Positions 60,369 through 64,000 of a stretch of DNA of 64,000 nucleotides are shown here, piece after piece. The stretch is from Desulfomonilia bacterium (GTDB lineage Bacteria; Desulfobacterota; Desulfomonilia; UBA1062), in contig CAXXDQ010000008.1 of the NCBI GenBank assembly GCA_963664325.2, positions 256,001 through 320,000 of the forward strand, given 5' to 3'. Within the stretch, counting starts at the first letter, position 1; each line of letters opens with the position of its first letter. Position numbers and translations under genes: made by a program. The notes beneath the pieces are model-generated. The model saw nothing but the letters and a program-made list of their open reading frames with translations. It did no database searches and had not been told where the DNA came from.

Positions 60369-63300
60369 TTAATCCGGTAAAGAGAATGCCTGAATCTGTG
60401 TTATGACCTGTTCGTTTGAGAAACCGTTCAAGTCTATTGCATTCATTCGGCATGATGCCGTGCATACGCCGCATCCCTTGCAAAGAACCGTGTTCACTTC
60501 CGCGCAGCCTTCTGCGACATTTACCGCAACCGCTCCGAACGGGCAGTTGGCTTCACAGAGTCCGCAGGCAGCGCAGCGTTCCTTGTTGACGAATGCGGTT
60601 TTGCCTTCCGCTTCGATCAGGTCTTTTGTCAGGATCGTGCATGCCCTGCTTACTGCGGCATTAGCCTGAACGACCGTATCTTCACTCAGTTTCGGTGCGT
60701 GCGCCATGCCGCACATGAACACACCGTCCGTTGCAAAATCAACCGGCCTTAATTTGACGTGCGCCTCGAGGAAGAAGCCGTCCTGATTGGTCGGGACCTT
60801 GAGCATTTTTCCTATTTCCTCGTTCTCCGGGTTCGGAGCGGTTCCAACGCTCAATGCAAGGATGTCGGTCTTGAGGGTGACTGTCTGATTAAGTATCGGA
60901 TCAAGCACCTTGATTGAAAGGCTGCCGCCGTTGTCGGTCACTTCAGGTTTGAGGTCTTCATCATAGCGTATGAACCTGACGTCAAGCTCCCTGGCCTTTT
61001 TGTAGAAGTCTTCCTTGAGTCCGAAGGTCCGGACATCACGATACAGTATGGTTACGTCTTTCGAAGGATCAAGCTCCTTGATCTTGAGGGCGTTCTTCAT
61101 GGCCTCGCTGCAGCAGTAGCGGCTGCAGTACGGCCTTTCCTTCGTCCTTGAGCCTACACATTGAATCATTGTTATGCTCTTGGCGTTCTTTACCTTCGGG
61201 TCATTCTCAACAATCAGGTCTTCGAGCTTGCGCTGCGTAATTACCTTGTCGCTCTTCTTGTTAAGATACTCGTCGGTTTCGAGCTCGTAGCCGCCTGTTG
61301 CGACTATTACTACTCCATGCTCGAATTTGGTCTCTTCACCCTTTACATCAACAGTAGTCTTGTAGTTGCCGATGAACCCTTCTATCTTCCTGATCTCGGC
61401 TGAGGTGAATACCGTTATCTTATCGCTCGTCTTAACTTTTTCAATCAGACCTGCGAGGTGTTTCTTTGTATCAAGCCCTTCCAAAGTGTAATGCAGCTTC
61501 GCATAGTTTCCGCCGAGTTCGGCTTCCTTCTCGACAATGTATGAGGAGAAGCCCTGGTCCGCCAGCGAAAGGGCGGCAGTGATTCCTGCGAGGCCGCCTC
61601 CAATTATCAGTGCTGCATGGTTGACGTTCAACTGGCCAGGCTTGAGTGGTTTAAGATATTCGGCCTTTGCTATCGACATGCGGATAAGGTCTTTCGCCTT
61701 CTCTGTCGCGGCAGCGGGCTCGTGCATATGCACCCATGAATCCTGGTCGCGTATATTGGCCATTTCGAACAGATACCGGTTGAGGCCCGCCTTTTCGCAG
61801 TTTTCCTGGAACAGACCTTCATGGGTTCTCGGTGAGCATGACCCGACGACAACCCTTGTAAGATTCTGTTCCTTGATGATTTCTCCCATTCTGACCGCTG
61901 TATCCTGGGAGCACGTGAACAAGTTGTCGGTTGCAAAAACCACATTAGGCAGTGTCTTGGCATACTCAACGACGGCAGGGACATCTACAACGCCTCCGAT
62001 ATTGATACCGCAGTGGCATACAAATACGCCTGTGCGTGGACCGATTCCTTTGATATCCTTTTCAAGCGGAAGATCCTGTTCGGTGATAAGAGTTCCGCGT
62101 CTTTCCGCAAGCAGACCGGATGCACATGCAGCTGCGCCGCTTGCCTCCATGACCGTCTCGGGAATGTCCTTGGGGCCGCCGAATGCGCCGCATACGAATA
62201 CGCCTTCTCTGCTTGTAAGCACAGGATTCTCCAGCTGAGTCATACAGAAGCCGTGCTCTTCCAGTTCAACTCCGAGCGCTTTGGCAAGCTTCTCGGCTTC
62301 CTTGGGCGGGGTAAGTCCTACGGAGAGAACGACCATATCGAATTCTTCCTCGACGATTGTCCCGTCTTCAAGGACATACTTCATTAAGAGGTTCTTTGAC
62401 TGCTGAAGCTCCTTTATTGTCGACGGCATCGAACGGACATAGCGGATGCCGTATTCATCCTTTGCGCGGTTTACAAAACGGTCGAAATCCTTTCCGTGAG
62501 CACGGATATCCATGAAGAATATTGTAGGTTCGAGGTTCTTGGCGTGCTCTTTTCCAATGATGGCCTCTTTTGTCGCATACATGCAGCATACTGAAGAGCA
62601 CCAGGAGTTGCCGCATGCGGTATCACGCGAACCAACGCACTGGATGAATGCGACCTTGTGAGGTTCCTTGCCGTCGGAAAGCCTCTGGACATGTCCGAAA
62701 TACGGGCCCGACGCCGAAAGGATTCTTTCGAATTGAATGCTTGTAACGACGTTCGGATAAATGCCGTAGCCGTATTCAGGTTTTAAAGTGGCATCAAATG
62801 TTTCGAAACCGGGGGCGGCTATGACAGCTCCCACTTCCACAAACTCCTCGGCCTCTTTATCATCATGTACGATTGCTTTAGCGATACATGCGTTCACGCA
62901 CTGATAACATTCACAGCAGATTCCGCAGCTCAGGCATCTTTCGGCCTCGTATTTCGCTGCCTCTTCGCTCATCCCCTTTATGACCTCTTCCCAGTTTGAA
63001 GCCCTGGTCTTAGGGTCGAGATGATCCATTTTTACTCGTTTTCTCTTTGCAACTTTTGAAGGATCTCCCGGATCTGCGAGGCTGTTTTTCCAGTCTGTCC
63101 TGCGTCCGGCCTTGATGTCTTCGCCCTTCAAAAAGCGGTCAATGGAAATTGCCGCTTCCTTGCCTGCATTGACCGCCTTTACTACGGTCTGCGGGCCTGT
63201 CACTACATCGCCGCCCGAAAATACCTTATCTATATTTGTCTGGAATGTTACTTCATCCGAATCGATATTGTTCCATTTGTTGATCGATACACCGGATTCT

Positions 63301-63998
63301 TTCGTTATAAAGCCAAGGTCTGCCGCCTGGCCAATGGCCGGGACGATGGCGTCGCACTCGACTATGAATTCCGAGCCCTTTATCGGGACAGGACGGCGGC
63401 GGCCGCTCTTATCCGGCTCACCGAGTTCCATCCTCTGGCATTCGATGCCTGTTACTTTGCCATTTTCACCGACTACACGAACAGGCGCCACCAGGAATTC
63501 CATGCGGATTCCCTCTTCAATCGCCTCTTCGATTTCTTCCGGTGCCGCCGGCATTTCTGCCCTTGTCCTTCTGTAAAGGATGAAAACATCTTTCGAGCCC
63601 ATTCTCTTCGATACACGAACGGCGTCCATTGCAACGTTTCCGCCGCCGACTACTGCAACCTTGTCGCCGAGGAAGACTTTTTCGCCAAGATTGACACGCC
63701 TCAGATAATCGACTCCATGGATGACTCCCTGCATCTCTTCACCAGGGATATCGAGCTTGCTCGAAAGCATTGTCCCGCATCCGATGAAGACAGCATCATA
63801 GTTTCTGGTAAGGTCATCGAACTTCACGTCCTTGCCGACCGCCGTGTTGCACCTTATGTCGACTCCCAGATCTTTTATAATCTGGATTTCGGCATTTATT
63901 ACATCTCTCGGCAGCCTGTATTCAGGAATGCCGAGTGTCATCCAGCCGCCTGCAATAGGGGCTGCTTCAAACACAACGACTTCATAGCCCTCGATAGC
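60369..63998 (-). CDS. hdrA: HdrL-type large HdrA with a GltD-like NAD(P)H-binding module (5' partial)
   Basis: GIPEYRLP, VVGGGNVAMD and YRRT..EMPA (GltD-like); QCVGSRD..CSSVCC, GPKDIPE, GVFVCHCG, QCVGSR..YCSRYCC and FFLEAH.KLRP. Frame is open to the window end. Confidence 0.92.
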   Translation of the reverse strand, partial: AIEGYEVVVFEAAPIAGGWMTLGIPEYRLPRDVINAEIQIIKDLGVDIRCNTAVGKDVKFDDLTRNYDAVFIGCGTMLSSKLDIPGEEMQGVIHGVDYLRRVNLGEKVFLGDKVAVVGGGNVAMDAVRVSKRMGSKDVFILYRRTRAEMPAAPEEIEEAIEEGIRMEFLVAPVRVVGENGKVTGIECQRMELGEPDKSGRRRPVPIKGSEFIVECDAIVPAIGQAADLGFITKESGVSINKWNNIDSDEVTFQTNIDKVFSGGDVVTGPQTVVKAVNAGKEAAISIDRFLKGEDIKAGRRTDWKNSLADPGDPSKVAKRKRVKMDHLDPKTRASNWEEVIKGMSEEAAKYEAERCLSCGICCECYQCVNACIAKAIVHDDKEAEEFVEVGAVIAAPGFETFDATLKPEYGYGIYPNVVTSIQFERILSASGPYFGHVQRLSDGKEPHKVAFIQCVGSRDTACGNSWCSSVCCMYATKEAIIGKEHAKNLEPTIFFMDIRAHGKDFDRFVNRAKDEYGIRYVRSMPSTIKELQQSKNLLMKYVLEDGTIVEEEFDMVVLSVGLTPPKEAEKLAKALGVELEEHGFCMTQLENPVLTSREGVFVCGAFGGPKDIPETVMEASGAAACASGLLAERRGTLITEQDLPLEKDIKGIGPRTGVFVCHCGINIGGVVDVPAVVEYAKTLPNVVFATDNLFTCSQDTAVRMGEIIKEQNLTRVVVGSCSPRTHEGLFQENCEKAGLNRYLFEMANIRDQDSWVHMHEPAAATEKAKDLIRMSIAKAEYLKPLKPGQLNVNHAALIIGGGLAGITAALSLADQGFSSYIVEKEAELGGNYAKLHYTLEGLDTKKHLAGLIEKVKTSDKITVFTSAEIRKIEGFIGNYKTTVDVKGEETKFEHGVVIVATGGYELETDEYLNKKSDKVITQRKLEDLIVENDPKVKNAKSITMIQCVGSRTKERPYCSRYCCSEAMKNALKIKELDPSKDVTILYRDVRTFGLKEDFYKKARELDVRFIRYDEDLKPEVTDNGGSLSIKVLDPILNQTVTLKTDILALSVGTAPNPENEEIGKMLKVPTNQDGFFLEAHVKLRPVDFATDGVFMCGMAHAPKLSEDTVVQANAAVSRACTILTKDLIEAEGKTAFVNKERCAACGLCEANCPFGAVAVNVAEGCAEVNTVLCKGCGVCTASCRMNAIDLNGFSNEQVITQIQAFSLPD

Positions 63999-64000
63999 AA

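Noticed and set aside
59912-63998. Selenocysteine recoding in MvhD or HdrA
   Set aside because: Both frames are uninterrupted and have Cys at the relevant motifs.
1-64000. Numerous antisense and nested ORFs in the six-frame track
   Set aside because: They overlap well-supported genes and show no motifs; treated as shadow ORFs.

Overview
A gene-dense bacterial chromosome segment. Hdr-Flx, a two-gene SufBC system, class I adenylate cyclase and carD-PIN/TRAM-ispD-ispF-cysS suggest an anaerobic deltaproteobacterium-type organism (inference). Left part: rsgA, a decayed higBA locus, a 2239-aa hybrid kinase with ten PAS domains coupled to a REC-GGDEF cyclase, and a possible BPI/TULIP-like lipoprotein. 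Middle: housekeeping genes (cysS, ispDF, lgt, purMN, sufBC, hisH, pcm) and tRNA-Pro(CGG). Right part: a candidate ~78-nt sRNA with an exposed anti-Shine-Dalgarno loop; an atypical inositol operon (iolB-iolD-decarboxylating dehydrogenase-iolE-iolG plus archaeal-type GAPDH and PGK, with no iolC/J/A); a tightly packed seven-gene D-amino-acid operon (class IV aminotransferase, Alr, CapA-like protein, Glu/Asp racemase, divergent Ddl-like ATP-grasp ligase, FGase-like amidohydrolase, oxidoreductase); and an hdrL-flxD-flxC-hdrC-hdrB-flxB-flxA cluster cut by the window end. The D-amino-acid operon and the variant iol operon are the best candidates for undescribed systems. Six genes have single-base frameshifts in homopolymer runs, most likely sequencing errors. 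No CRISPR array, rRNA, integrase or transposase was recognised. All family assignments come from recognising motifs by eye; no database search was run.
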